From a virus, in IMG/VR virus record IMGVR_UViG_3300020473_002209, positions 32,001-96,000 of that record: a stretch of 64,000 bases of DNA; one strand, 5' to 3'. Shown here piece after piece: positions 29,603 through 39,568 of the stretch. Made by a program: the position numbers and the translations under genes. A model generated the notes under the pieces. It was given only the letters and a program-made list of their open reading frames with translations, searched no databases and was not told the origin of the DNA. The stretch's first letter is position 1, and the number at the start of each line of letters is the position of its first letter.

Positions 29603-30799
29603 ATGCCCATCTTACTTCATAAGAATTACATTGGTACAGAGAACCACATGATTATAAGTGGCGGCTTAATAAGATGGTCTAGTGAAATATCGGATAAGTC
29701 TTATTTTGTTATAGGCTGCCCTGGTCGCCCTGACTCTCTGGAGCCTTTGTTAAAATTATATGATATAGATATTCCTGATTTTGTACCAGAAAGATTTAGG
29801 AAGAGCTTCTCTGATATACGAACCGCTATTTCGGTTCCGTGGCGCTACGTTCTCCCGCGAAAAGTGTTTAAGGAAAATTTCAAGAAGTATGTAGAAGACC
29901 TTTGTAAGATTGAAGAGTTGCTATCAGAAAGCGATTACCCTAACTTCTTTATCGACTCGAATGAGCTGTTCAGTAATTTACGCCAATCCAAGATCGATAC
30001 AACGCTAACAATCAAGCTATTAAAGCATAATGATTCGCACGTTTTGAGGAAGCTATTATCGGGTTCTTCTGGTTCTTTTTTAGATGTACCGCGCTATGAT
30101 CGAGTGTCCACAAAGACTGGTCGACTTACAATTAAAAAGGGTCCGCAGGTCTTGACTCTAAAGAAGGAATTTCGGTCAGTGTTTACGCCGGAAAAATCTA
30201 ATACATCCCTTTATGAAATTGACTTTGTTTCTCTTGAGCCGAGGGTAGCTCTTAATCTAGCAAATGTGCACGCGTCGAGTGACGTGTACCTTTCATTTAT
30301 AGAGTCAACGAATATTGATATTTCCAGAGACACGGCAAAGCTAGCAGTGTTATGCTCGCTGTATGGAGCAGGAAATTTACGACTTGAACAGTTGCTGAGA
30401 AAAGACAAATCAGAAGTGACCGCGTCATATTTGATGAGAGCAGTTTCTGATTATTTCAAGCTGAATGATCTCAAGCGAGAGCTACGATATCAGGCAAAGA
30501 GTGGGATGATACAAAACTTCTTTGGTCGCCCAATTGAAATAGACGGCGCAAGAGAAAGTATTCTCGTGAATAATTACTTACAATCTACAGCATCAGATGT
30601 GGCTATAGCTGGGTTTAACGAATTCACGAAGTTGTTTTCTAGTAAGTGCAAACCCTTGTTTGTAATTCACGATGCATTGATTATAGATGCTTCTACTGAG
30701 CATTTAGACGCTATAACAAAATATGTAAATACAGGGTTTAACGTTCCAAAGCTTGGAAATTTCCCGCTTAAGATAAAAGAGTTTAACGATCATGAATGA
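29603..30799 (+). CDS. Minimal family A DNA polymerase (polymerase domain only)
   Basis: TKTGRL, motif A DFVSLEPR, motif B RDTAK...LYG, NYLQSTASD, motif C IHDAL. Confidence 0.8.
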   Translation: MPILLHKNYIGTENHMIISGGLIRWSSEISDKSYFVIGCPGRPDSLEPLLKLYDIDIPDFVPERFRKSFSDIRTAISVPWRYVLPRKVFKENFKKYVEDLCKIEELLSESDYPNFFIDSNELFSNLRQSKIDTTLTIKLLKHNDSHVLRKLLSGSSGSFLDVPRYDRVSTKTGRLTIKKGPQVLTLKKEFRSVFTPEKSNTSLYEIDFVSLEPRVALNLANVHASSDVYLSFIESTNIDISRDTAKLAVLCSLYGAGNLRLEQLLRKDKSEVTASYLMRAVSDYFKLNDLKRELRYQAKSGMIQNFFGRPIEIDGARESILVNNYLQSTASDVAIAGFNEFTKLFSSKCKPLFVIHDALIIDASTEHLDAITKYVNTGFNVPKLGNFPLKIKEFNDHE

Positions 30800-31277
30800 A
30801 CAAAAAGTCAGAAACTATATCAGAGAAATCCTCAATGAGGAAGAAAAGAAAAAGAAAAAAGGTAAAGCGATTAAACCAGGCGAAATTGGATTATCAGTTG
30901 GTCGTGGTGGGTTCACAAAAGTTGTTGCCGAAACCGGAGCGCTTGCAAAGAAAAACCCGGGCCAGCTTATGAAAAACTTGGGGATCAAGGGTGGAGGAAA
31001 CGGCTTGGAGGGTGTGCTCGCTGTCTGGAAGCAAGCTGTAAAGCAAGACACAATGGCGCAAGCTTACGGCGGTGTTGGAGTTGTAACGAAAGGAAGTAGG
31101 AAAGGATTGTCCATTGGCCTTGGAGAGCTCGATGCTCGAAATGGCGCTAAATTTCTTCATCACACGCTGATGGGAGCCATGACATCCGGTATTTTGGTTT
31201 CAGATGTACCGCTACAGATCCAGGTTGATGGGGATGATGTAATCGTTCATACCGGCTCTGAAAAGGGAGATTGGTAG
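30792..31277 (+). CDS. Hypothetical protein, possible internal head protein
   Basis: N-terminal VRNYIREILNEE motif shared with other ORFs. Confidence 0.55.
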   Translation: MNEQKVRNYIREILNEEEKKKKKGKAIKPGEIGLSVGRGGFTKVVAETGALAKKNPGQLMKNLGIKGGGNGLEGVLAVWKQAVKQDTMAQAYGGVGVVTKGSRKGLSIGLGELDARNGAKFLHHTLMGAMTSGILVSDVPLQIQVDGDDVIVHTGSEKGDW

Positions 31278-31336
31278 TAATTTCTGTAAACATTGCTTCT
31301 TCGTTATACTATTAATTTGATCGTATTTTTGGAGAA

Positions 31337-32179
31337 GTGATGAAGCATTTAGAGATAGATGGGCAAGTAATCCTCAATAAATTAACTGACTTAAGCCCGC
31401 CTGATAGAGACCCAGCAGATGGTGACGTTGTCGCTGCCGTTATTGATGTAGAGACTACCGGATTGAACCATCTGAAAGATGAGATTATCCAAATTGCTAT
31501 CCGGCCGTTCTTTGTAAATCCAACGACAGGCGAAGTGTCTGGATTAAGAAATACAATCGTCGCCCTCCAACAACCTTCATCACCGTTACCCAGGATTATT
31601 ACGGATATAACCGGTTTTACAGATGAAGATCTAGAAGGCAAGAGCATCCCATGGGATAAGGTGTCGCGTGTTCTTCAAAAGTGTCAATTTATTATTGCGC
31701 ATAACGCTTCGTTCGATAGAAAATGGATCGATGCTGCTCTCCGCAAGAATAACCAGCTAGCACCTGAGAATGCTATCTGGGGATGCTCTATGACGCAAGT
31801 TGATTGGACACCTATCGTTCGATGCTCAAAGGCTCTAGAAGTGCTTTGTGCTTGGCATGGCTACTTTTACGATTCGCATAATGCAGTTGCTGATGTAGAC
31901 GCAACGCTCCATCTTCTGAGAAAGAATAAGTACATGCAAGAACTTCTCCAGAATGCAGCAGAGCCAGACTATCACGTATTTGCCGCAAATTCACTGAGAG
32001 AAGAAAATGCCATCTTGAAACAAGGTCGATATAGATGGAATCCTGAGTTGACTTGCTGGTGGAAAGCAACAAACACCGCAGAAGAAGCAGAACGAGAGTG
32101 CTTGTGGCTAAAAGAGAACCTTTCCAAGGTTGAGCCGCAATATTTTGAGATAGATGCATCACATCGCTTTTCTGAGTAA
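31337..32179 (+). CDS. DEDDh 3'-5' exonuclease (DnaQ/epsilon-like)
   Basis: IDVETTG, IAHNASFDR and HNAVADV exonuclease motifs. Confidence 0.88.
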   Translation: MMKHLEIDGQVILNKLTDLSPPDRDPADGDVVAAVIDVETTGLNHLKDEIIQIAIRPFFVNPTTGEVSGLRNTIVALQQPSSPLPRIITDITGFTDEDLEGKSIPWDKVSRVLQKCQFIIAHNASFDRKWIDAALRKNNQLAPENAIWGCSMTQVDWTPIVRCSKALEVLCAWHGYFYDSHNAVADVDATLHLLRKNKYMQELLQNAAEPDYHVFAANSLREENAILKQGRYRWNPELTCWWKATNTAEEAERECLWLKENLSKVEPQYFEIDASHRFSE

Positions 32180-32190
32180 TAATTAAATGT

Positions 32191-32439
32191 ATGGATTTGA
32201 TCAGAGAATACATTCGACTGTTACTTGAGAAAGAGGTCTTGGGCGAGCCTGATGAAAGTGCAGAAGAAGACCGGGAACCGGAGGATGAGGATCATCATGA
32301 TGAGCAAGCCTCTGGTGGAGTTCCAGGACCTATGGTTCCTCTAGGGATGGGTCCTGCTGGTGAAAGAAAGAAGCGAAGAAAAGATGCAGAAAAAGCAAAC
32401 GCTTCTGGTTTCGGCGGCGCAAAAGAATATAAAAAATAA
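32191..32439 (+). CDS. Small hypothetical protein, possible internal head protein
   Basis: MDLIREYIRLLLE motif; ATAATTA at 32179-32185 just 5 nt upstream, no RBS. Confidence 0.55.
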   Translation: MDLIREYIRLLLEKEVLGEPDESAEEDREPEDEDHHDEQASGGVPGPMVPLGMGPAGERKKRRKDAEKANASGFGGAKEYKK

Positions 32440-32440
32440 T

Positions 32441-32469
32441 TTGAAAAACTAACTACTAACTCTTATACT
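32441..32469 (+). promoter_or_regulatory. Sigma70-like promoter for SSB
   Basis: TTGAAA-17 nt-TATACT. Confidence 0.75.
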
Positions 32470-32495
32470 ATTAATGTCCTTACGGACACAAGACA

Positions 32496-32544
32496 ATTGA
32501 ATATTTGATTATTGAATATTTGAACATTGCATATTAAACATTTG
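32496..32544 (+). repeat. Tandem 7-8 nt AT-rich repeats in the SSB leader
   Basis: ATTGAAT ATTTGATT ATTGAAT ATTTGAAC ATTGCAT ATTAAAC ATTTG, ending at the RBS. Confidence 0.75.
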
Positions 32545-32555
32545 GAGAAAATATA

Positions 32556-33350
32556 ATGGCAATTAATTTTGATGCGCTTCGAAAGAAGCTTGGCCAGCTA
32601 TCTGGCTCCGGCGGCCGCCGCAACTCGATGTGGCGTCCACAAGAAGGCGAAGAGAGTGTTGTTCGTCTCATGTCATTTCCAGCGAATGACGACGGTCTAC
32701 CCTTCGCAGAACGATGGTTTTACTATAACATCGGGAATAACCCAGGGCTTCTTGCTCCCTACCAATTTGGCGATCCTGATCCAATCCAGGAGCTGATTAC
32801 AAAGCTTCGTGATGAGGGCACGAAGGAGTCTTATGAGCTCTGCAAGAAGCTTTATCCCAAGGCACGGTACTACGCTCCTGTTATCGTACGCGGTGAAGAA
32901 GATAAAGGCGTTCGTATCTGGGCTTTTGGTAAGACTGTGTACCAGTCTCTTCTCAATATTATGCTTGATGAAGATTACGGTGATATTACCGACCCGTCTG
33001 ATGGCCGTGATGTAAAGGTGATTTGCACAAAGGCTCCTGGACGTATGTGGGCAACAACTGAAGTTCGTCCCCGCGGTAAGCAGTCAGCTCTCTGCAGTGA
33101 CAATAAGCAGGCTGCAACGTGGGTTGAGAACATTCCTGATATTAACGATATGTATGAAGCAAAGTCTTACGATGCTTTGACAAAGATTGTAAATGATTGG
33201 CTCGAAGGCGATGACGCCGAGAGCGATGAGGGCGAAACGACACGCGGTTTCAATGGTACTACTACCACTAGCTCCGCACCAAAGAATATCGAGTCTAAGT
33301 TCAAGAGCCTTGATGACGCGTTCGCAGACCTTGAAGATGATAGTTTCTAA
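32556..33350 (+). CDS. Single-stranded DNA-binding protein (gp32-like)
   Basis: RYYAPVIVRGEE..VRIWAFGKTVY, YGDITDP..GRD, acidic C-terminal tail; next to RecA. Confidence 0.82.
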   Translation: MAINFDALRKKLGQLSGSGGRRNSMWRPQEGEESVVRLMSFPANDDGLPFAERWFYYNIGNNPGLLAPYQFGDPDPIQELITKLRDEGTKESYELCKKLYPKARYYAPVIVRGEEDKGVRIWAFGKTVYQSLLNIMLDEDYGDITDPSDGRDVKVICTKAPGRMWATTEVRPRGKQSALCSDNKQAATWVENIPDINDMYEAKSYDALTKIVNDWLEGDDAESDEGETTRGFNGTTTTSSAPKNIESKFKSLDDAFADLEDDSF

Positions 33351-33376
33351 TTAATCTTTATTGGTCTTTGAGCCCC

Positions 33377-33407
33377 AAGGGAGGAAGCATTCGCTTCCTC
33401 CCTTTTT
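33377..33407 (+). terminator. Rho-independent terminator
   Basis: AAGGGAGGAAGC-ATTC-GCTTCCTCCCTT followed by TTT. Confidence 0.88.
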
Positions 33408-33409
33408 AC

Positions 33410-33438
33410 TTGAACACTTCTTGATATGAGTGTATAAT
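33410..33438 (+). promoter_or_regulatory. Sigma70-like promoter for the recA operon
   Basis: TTGAAC-17 nt-TATAAT. Confidence 0.75.
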
Positions 33439-33456
33439 CTTTTACGAGGTAATAAT

Positions 33457-34653
33457 ATGGCAAAGAAAAAAGGTGGCAACGGCAGTGATGATTTCACTTC
33501 TGACTTGATTAAGTCTCTTAACAAAGAGCACGGTTCTAGGGTGGCGTATAATCTTTCAACAGACGAATCTCCAACTCACGTTAATCGATGGATTAGTACC
33601 GGATCCGAGCAGCTAGATTATATCATCGCGAATCGTAGTAATGGGGGATTACCTGAGGGTAGGATTATAGAGATATTTGGGCCTCCGTCTATTGGGAAGT
33701 CTCATATTGCGATTCAGATTGCAAGATCATGTCAGCTTCTCGGTGGAATCGTAGTTTATATAGATACAGAGAATGCAACTTCTGTTGAAAACCTGGGTTT
33801 GCTGGGTGTTGACATCAACAAGCGGTTTGTATATGTTGATACGCACTGTACAGAAGAGGTTCTTTCTATTGCTGAATCAACCATAATGAAAGCTAAGGCG
33901 ATGGACAAAGACGTCCCAGTAACGATTATCTGGGACTCTGTTGCTGCTTCATCTCCTAAGGCCGAGCTCGACGGAACGTACGAACAAAATTCTATTGGTT
34001 TACAAGCTCGCGCAATCTCTAAAGGTATGCGCAAAATTACAGGTGTCATTGCAAATCAGAATGTCCTGTTTATCTGCTTAAACCAAATTCGCACTAAGAT
34101 TGGAGTTATGTATGGCGATCCTACTACTACACCCGGCGGTAAGGCAATCCCTTTTCACTCATCTGTACGAATCAAACTGGGAGCGGGACAACAGATCACA
34201 AACAAGAACAAGGAAGTCATCGGTATCCATGTTCGTGCTAAGACTATTAAGAATAAGGTAGCTCCTCCGTTTCGAGAATGTAATTTTGAGATCCATTTTG
34301 GTAAGGGCATTGTGGAACATGAACAGGTTTTTGATGAGCTAAGAAAGCATGGTGCTGAGATTATCGATGGGAAAGAGATTTGTGTAAAAGGAACCAGCGC
34401 ATGGAAAAACCTTACTGTGACAGATACAAAGACGGGTGAGATAGAGCTTGAAAAGAAATTTTATAAGGCTGATTTCGGAGACGTGTGGAAAGACCCGGAG
34501 TATAAACCATACGTCGACTCTCTTCTTGGTGCGTGTATGATTAGAAAGATGTCTGATGATGAACATGCAACTCTTGATACAGAGTCTTATGAAGAAGTTA
34601 GAGCCGCAGCAATGGAGATTAATTTAGAAGATCTTCCGGACCTGAATGACTGA
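33457..34653 (+). CDS. recA: RecA/UvsX recombinase
   Basis: GGLPEGRIIEIFGPPSIGKS, IIWDSVA, NQIRTKIGVMYGDP.TTPGG, KNKVAPPF. Start moved to the ATG at 33457 (GAGG RBS). Confidence 0.93.
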   Translation: MAKKKGGNGSDDFTSDLIKSLNKEHGSRVAYNLSTDESPTHVNRWISTGSEQLDYIIANRSNGGLPEGRIIEIFGPPSIGKSHIAIQIARSCQLLGGIVVYIDTENATSVENLGLLGVDINKRFVYVDTHCTEEVLSIAESTIMKAKAMDKDVPVTIIWDSVAASSPKAELDGTYEQNSIGLQARAISKGMRKITGVIANQNVLFICLNQIRTKIGVMYGDPTTTPGGKAIPFHSSVRIKLGAGQQITNKNKEVIGIHVRAKTIKNKVAPPFRECNFEIHFGKGIVEHEQVFDELRKHGAEIIDGKEICVKGTSAWKNLTVTDTKTGEIELEKKFYKADFGDVWKDPEYKPYVDSLLGACMIRKMSDDEHATLDTESYEEVRAAAMEINLEDLPDLND

Positions 34654-35603
34654 TGAAAGATCGACCAGTTTTATTGATTGATGGATTGAATTGTTTTTAT
34701 AGGCATTTTGTAGCGAATCCATCCATGGGGGAAAATGGCAATCCTGTCGGTGGCATTGTGGGTTTTCTAAAAGGAATTCAGCTTTTAACAGAGCGCTATT
34801 CTCCAGATTCTGTTGTGGTTGTGTGGGAGGGCGGCGGATCTCCTCGAAGAAGGTCTATCGACCCGACCTACAAGGGCGGCCGAAGACCTGAAAAGCTAAA
34901 TCGATTCTATTCAGGTGATTTACCTGATACGGTCTCGAACAGAAATGAGCAAATTTCAAAGCTGGTAAGCCTCATAAGAAAGACAGCAATTCCACAGATC
35001 TATATTTCAGACTGTGAAGCGGATGACGTTATTGCTCGCCTCTGTAATGTCGTGCTTAAGGAACGAAGGTGCATTATCGTTTCTACTGATAAAGATTTTT
35101 ATCAATTAATTGATGAGAGGATCAGCGCTTGGTCTCCAGGTAGCAAGAGAGAGTGGACGGTTGACAAAGTGCTACAAGAATTTAGGATACATCCTGTAAA
35201 TTTTTGTTTAGCAAGATGCTTTGTTGGTGACGGGTCTGACGGGCTAAAAGGTGTCCCTGGAGCTGGGTTTAGGAGCCTTGCAAAGAGGTTCCCTCGTTTA
35301 GGAAGTGAAGAATCTCTGACTGTTTCCGACATACTTACAGAATGTGAAGATCTTCGGAAACAAAAGCGTCTGAAGCTCTATGATAGCATCATAGATCACG
35401 AAGATACTGTCAACAAAAATTGGAAGCTTATGTATTTGGGGCATGGAAACGTATCGGGAGCTCAGGCTAAGAAAATAGACGAAGCACTTGAAATTTCCAG
35501 CTCAAAGAGAGATAAGCTTGGGTTTATTCGTTCCCTTAGAACACTGGGAATAAAAAATTTCGACTATGACAAATTGTTCATGACCTTACGAACATTGGGG
35601 TAA
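34653..35603 (+). CDS. 5'-3' exonuclease / flap endonuclease (T4 RNase H-like)
   Basis: LLIDG, YKGGR, EADDVIA, STDKDFYQL, GDGSDGLKGVPGAG. Confidence 0.9.
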   Translation: MKDRPVLLIDGLNCFYRHFVANPSMGENGNPVGGIVGFLKGIQLLTERYSPDSVVVVWEGGGSPRRRSIDPTYKGGRRPEKLNRFYSGDLPDTVSNRNEQISKLVSLIRKTAIPQIYISDCEADDVIARLCNVVLKERRCIIVSTDKDFYQLIDERISAWSPGSKREWTVDKVLQEFRIHPVNFCLARCFVGDGSDGLKGVPGAGFRSLAKRFPRLGSEESLTVSDILTECEDLRKQKRLKLYDSIIDHEDTVNKNWKLMYLGHGNVSGAQAKKIDEALEISSSKRDKLGFIRSLRTLGIKNFDYDKLFMTLRTLG

Positions 35604-35609
35604 AAAATA

Positions 35610-37016
35610 ATGAGCGCACTCGCTAGCAACAACATTTTGAGTGAAATTCCAGGCGGCCAGTTTCGTCAATATAACAAGTCTTTTCAAGAAAAGATTCTCC
35701 AGGGTCTGTTAACAGACCACCAATGGGCCGCTCAAATGGTTGAAGTTATGAGGCCAGACTTTTTTGAACTTAGGTACCTTGAGTATCTTTGCGAGAAATA
35801 CTTCAGTTATTTTACTGAATATAGATGTTTTCCAACGCAAGCTCTACTAATCAGTATCATTAAAGATGGTCTAAGCGAAGATGGTGATGTCTTGCTTCGT
35901 GACCAGATAGTAAGCTACTTGATAAGAGCGAAAGAGAATCCTCATCCAGGTGATATCGCTTATGTAAAAGAAAAGTCGCTTGATTTCTGTAAGAGGCAAG
36001 CTTTTAAGGAGGCGCTAGAAAAGTCTGTTGAGTTGATTTCAACTGATAATTTTGAATCTGTTATTTCTCTTATGAAGAACGCTGTTTCGATTGGACTAGC
36101 GAACACTGTTGGGCATGATTTCTTTGAAGACATGGAAGCTCGTTTTGTAGTTGCGAATCGTTGTGTTTGTCCCACGGGAATTCCGGAATTGGATGCGAAA
36201 GATATTTTGGCAGGCGGATTAGGTAGAGGGGAGATTGGTGTCGTTACCGCAAATACGGGCGTTGGAAAATCACACTATCTAGTTCAGATGGGTGCAAACG
36301 CTATGCGAAGGGGTAAGAACGTGTTGCATTATACCTTCGAGTTGACAGAACAAGCTGTTGGAATTCGGTATGATTCAAACCTTTGCGGTATCTCATCATC
36401 AGATGTTGTGGAAAATAAGGAGCAGGTAAAGAAGTTTTACGAAGGTAACGAAGACCTCGGAAGGCTCATTATCAAAGAGTACCCAACTGGCTATCCCTCG
36501 GTTACAACGATCAGAAACCACATAGAGAAGCTTGCACTTAGAGGGTTTAAGCCAAGTGTACTAGTGATTGACTATGCTGATATCATGCGATCCACTCGTT
36601 CGTACGATTCTCTCCGTCACGAGCTGAAACTAATTTATGAAGAGCTCAGAAACCTCGCGATGGAATTGCGGATACCTATTTGGACTGCTTCACAAGCCAA
36701 TCGCGATTCAGCGAATTCTGATATTGTGGGACTTGAAAATATGTCTGAAGCTTATGGGAAGGCTATGGTCGCAGATCTCGTGGTATCTTTATCTCGTAAG
36801 CCCACTGAGAAGGCAACTGGCGCCGGCCGGCTTTTCATTGCCAAGAACCGTGCTGGAAAGGATGGGATTCTTTTTCCTATTCACATTGACACAGCACGCT
36901 CTACTATTAAGGTACTTGATGAAGAGGTATCTACTTTGACAGAAGCGATAAGGGATGACAAACAAGAAACAAAGGCTCTAATCAAAAAGAAGTGGGCTGA
37001 ATTAAAGCGCGTCTAG
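35610..37016 (+). CDS. Replicative DnaB/gp41-like helicase
   Basis: Walker A ANTGVGKS, LVIDYADIM, IWTASQANR, KNRAG. Confidence 0.9.
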   Translation: MSALASNNILSEIPGGQFRQYNKSFQEKILQGLLTDHQWAAQMVEVMRPDFFELRYLEYLCEKYFSYFTEYRCFPTQALLISIIKDGLSEDGDVLLRDQIVSYLIRAKENPHPGDIAYVKEKSLDFCKRQAFKEALEKSVELISTDNFESVISLMKNAVSIGLANTVGHDFFEDMEARFVVANRCVCPTGIPELDAKDILAGGLGRGEIGVVTANTGVGKSHYLVQMGANAMRRGKNVLHYTFELTEQAVGIRYDSNLCGISSSDVVENKEQVKKFYEGNEDLGRLIIKEYPTGYPSVTTIRNHIEKLALRGFKPSVLVIDYADIMRSTRSYDSLRHELKLIYEELRNLAMELRIPIWTASQANRDSANSDIVGLENMSEAYGKAMVADLVVSLSRKPTEKATGAGRLFIAKNRAGKDGILFPIHIDTARSTIKVLDEEVSTLTEAIRDDKQETKALIKKKWAELKRV

Positions 37017-37039
37017 CAGCATTAGAGATAGAGGGAAAA

Positions 37040-39553
37040 ATGACTTTTGATTATCAGGAAGCGTTTGCGAATTCGTTAGAGTATTTTTCTGGCGATGAAT
37101 TGGCGGCCAATGTAGTCACTACAAAATATCTTTTAGCTGGAAATGATGGTACTTACCTTGAGTCTTCACCTGACGATATGCATAAGAGGATAGCAAAAGA
37201 GCTTCACAGGGCAGAGTCTCGTTATCCCAATGCAATGTCATACGAAGAGATATATGGGTTGCTGAAAGATTTTAAGTACGTCATACCTCAGGGCTCACCA
37301 ATGTCTGGAATCGGTAATGAGCAGAGAATCCAGAGCTTATCTAACTGCTTCGTTATACCAGCTCCAGAAGACAGCTACGGTGGTATATTAAAAACTGATC
37401 AAGAGCTTGTTCAGATAGCAAAACGCCGCGGCGGAGTGGGGTTTGATTTAAGCACTATCCGTCCAAAAGGATTACCTACCGCGAATGCTGCCCGCACTAC
37501 GGACGGTATTGAAGTTTTCATGGACAGGTTTTCCAATTCATGTAGAGAGGTAGCGCAAGGTGGGCGTCGAGGCGCATTGATGTTGACGATATCCGTCCAC
37601 CACCCGCAGATCCGAGACTTTATAAAGATCAAGAGAGATTTGGCAAGAGTAACTGGTGCGAATATATCTGTTCGGGTTTCTGATGAGTTTATGAGCGCAG
37701 TAAAAGAGGGTACAAATGTAGAGTTACGGTGGCCGATAGACTCTGATAATCCTAAGATTAGCGAGCAAGCAGACGCGAGATCGATATGGCATGAAATAAT
37801 TGGGGGTGCTCATGCGGCTGCTGAGCCAGGTGTGTTGTTTTGGGATACTGCGAAATCTTACACACCTGCGGACATTTATTCTGATGAAGGGTTTGGGTCT
37901 GTTTCTACGAACCCTTGTGGGGAGATCATTCTCTCCCCTTTCGACAGTTGTCGGTTGATGCTTCTTAACTTGACGAGCTTTGTTCGCAGTGAGTGGACAC
38001 AAGACGCTACTTTTGATTTTAAGAAATTTGCTGAGGTCGCATATCAGTCACAAAGACTTATGGACGATATGATTGATCTTGAGATAGAACAGATCGATAA
38101 GATTATTTCAAAAATTAGTGAAGACCCTGAGTCTCGAGAAGTAAAGCAGATTGAGCTGGACCTTTGGGAGAATATAAAGACGCAAGCGATCAGAGGCCGC
38201 AGGACTGGCTTAGGAATAACCGGGCTTGGTGACGCTTTAGCCATGTTAGGCGTCCGGTACGGGTCAGATGAGAGTGTTGAATGGACCGGAAAGATCTACA
38301 AGTCGCTCGCGGTAAATGCTTATCGCTCGTCAATCATGATGGCAAAAGAGCGCGGCCCCTTTGAAGTTTTTAATGCAGAGAAAGAAGAGGGTCATCCATT
38401 TCTACAGAGGATTTGGGACGCCGATGCTGAATTGCTGGATATGAACCGCAAGTATGGTAGAAGAAACATCGCATTAACCACAACTGCACCTGCGGGCTCT
38501 GTCTCCGTTTTAACACAGACAACGTCGGGTATAGAGCCGGCTTTTATGCTCCACTATACTCGTAGAAAGAAGCTGACAGGTCAGGATGAAGAAGCTCGTG
38601 TAGACTTTGTTGATGATAGCGGTGATAAGTGGCAAGAATATACTGTATATCATCATGGGTTTAAGCAGTGGCTAGACGCTGTAACGATTTCAGGTGTTGA
38701 GTGGAGTACCGATGACTTACCGACTGCAGTTTCGCATAGTCCATACGCTGCAGCAACTGCTAATGAGATTGACTGGGTTGCAAAAGTTAAAATGCAAGCC
38801 GCAGCTCAAGAGTGGGTCTGTCACGCAATATCAAATACGACAAATTTACCAGCCGACACAGACATAGAGACAGTAAAGCAAGTTTATATGACCGGTTGGG
38901 AGCTTGGCTGCAAGGGTGTAACCGTTTATAGGGATGGAAGTCGAGCTGGTGTGCTGGTTTCCTCTGATAATAAGAGTCAAGATCCTCGCGAGGCAGGTGA
39001 GATTATAACAAGGTCCGCGCCAAAGCGTCCTGAGGAAATGACTTGTGATATTCATCAAGCCAACATTAAGGGGGAGGCGTGGACCATCCTTGTTGGCCTC
39101 ATGAAAGGGAAACCTTATGAAGTTATAGGTGGGCTATCTGAGTACGTTGAGATCCCAAGAAAGCATACTTCTGGAAAGATTCGACGACGCTCCCGGAAGT
39201 CTGTTAATTCAAAGTACGATTTAATTGTAGGGACCAATGGCGATGAATTTGTGATAAAGGACATTGTCAAAGTGTTTGATAATCCTAATCATTCAGCGTT
39301 CACCAGAACAATATCGCTGGCACTGCGCCATGGCGTTCCTGTGCAGTATATGGTGGAGCAATTGCAAAAAGATAAAGATGCAGACCTATTTAGCTTTGCG
39401 AAGGTGACAGCACGATGTCTTAAGAAATACATCGCTGATGGCACAAAAGCGAGTAATGGAGTGTTTGATACAGCTTGCTGCGATAACCCTAACATAGTTT
39501 ACCAAGAAGGATGCGCGACTTGCTTAAATTGCGGCGCAGCAAAATGCGGATAG
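37040..39553 (+). CDS. nrdJ: Class II (B12-dependent) ribonucleotide reductase
   Basis: SNCFV, RRGALM, TNPCGEI, APAGSVS, KGVTVYRDGSR and a C-terminal Cys-rich domain; no small subunit gene nearby. Confidence 0.85.
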   Translation: MTFDYQEAFANSLEYFSGDELAANVVTTKYLLAGNDGTYLESSPDDMHKRIAKELHRAESRYPNAMSYEEIYGLLKDFKYVIPQGSPMSGIGNEQRIQSLSNCFVIPAPEDSYGGILKTDQELVQIAKRRGGVGFDLSTIRPKGLPTANAARTTDGIEVFMDRFSNSCREVAQGGRRGALMLTISVHHPQIRDFIKIKRDLARVTGANISVRVSDEFMSAVKEGTNVELRWPIDSDNPKISEQADARSIWHEIIGGAHAAAEPGVLFWDTAKSYTPADIYSDEGFGSVSTNPCGEIILSPFDSCRLMLLNLTSFVRSEWTQDATFDFKKFAEVAYQSQRLMDDMIDLEIEQIDKIISKISEDPESREVKQIELDLWENIKTQAIRGRRTGLGITGLGDALAMLGVRYGSDESVEWTGKIYKSLAVNAYRSSIMMAKERGPFEVFNAEKEEGHPFLQRIWDADAELLDMNRKYGRRNIALTTTAPAGSVSVLTQTTSGIEPAFMLHYTRRKKLTGQDEEARVDFVDDSGDKWQEYTVYHHGFKQWLDAVTISGVEWSTDDLPTAVSHSPYAAATANEIDWVAKVKMQAAAQEWVCHAISNTTNLPADTDIETVKQVYMTGWELGCKGVTVYRDGSRAGVLVSSDNKSQDPREAGEIITRSAPKRPEEMTCDIHQANIKGEAWTILVGLMKGKPYEVIGGLSEYVEIPRKHTSGKIRRRSRKSVNSKYDLIVGTNGDEFVIKDIVKVFDNPNHSAFTRTISLALRHGVPVQYMVEQLQKDKDADLFSFAKVTARCLKKYIADGTKASNGVFDTACCDNPNIVYQEGCATCLNCGAAKCG

Positions 39554-39568
39554 TTTACAGGAGGCAAA

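Noticed and set aside
33430-33456. Upstream starts given by the ORF track for recA, dnaE (46173), epimerase (53629), cupin (54624) and MT-A70 (55839)
   Set aside because: They overlap promoters, RBSs or upstream genes; downstream starts have proper RBS spacing or translational coupling.
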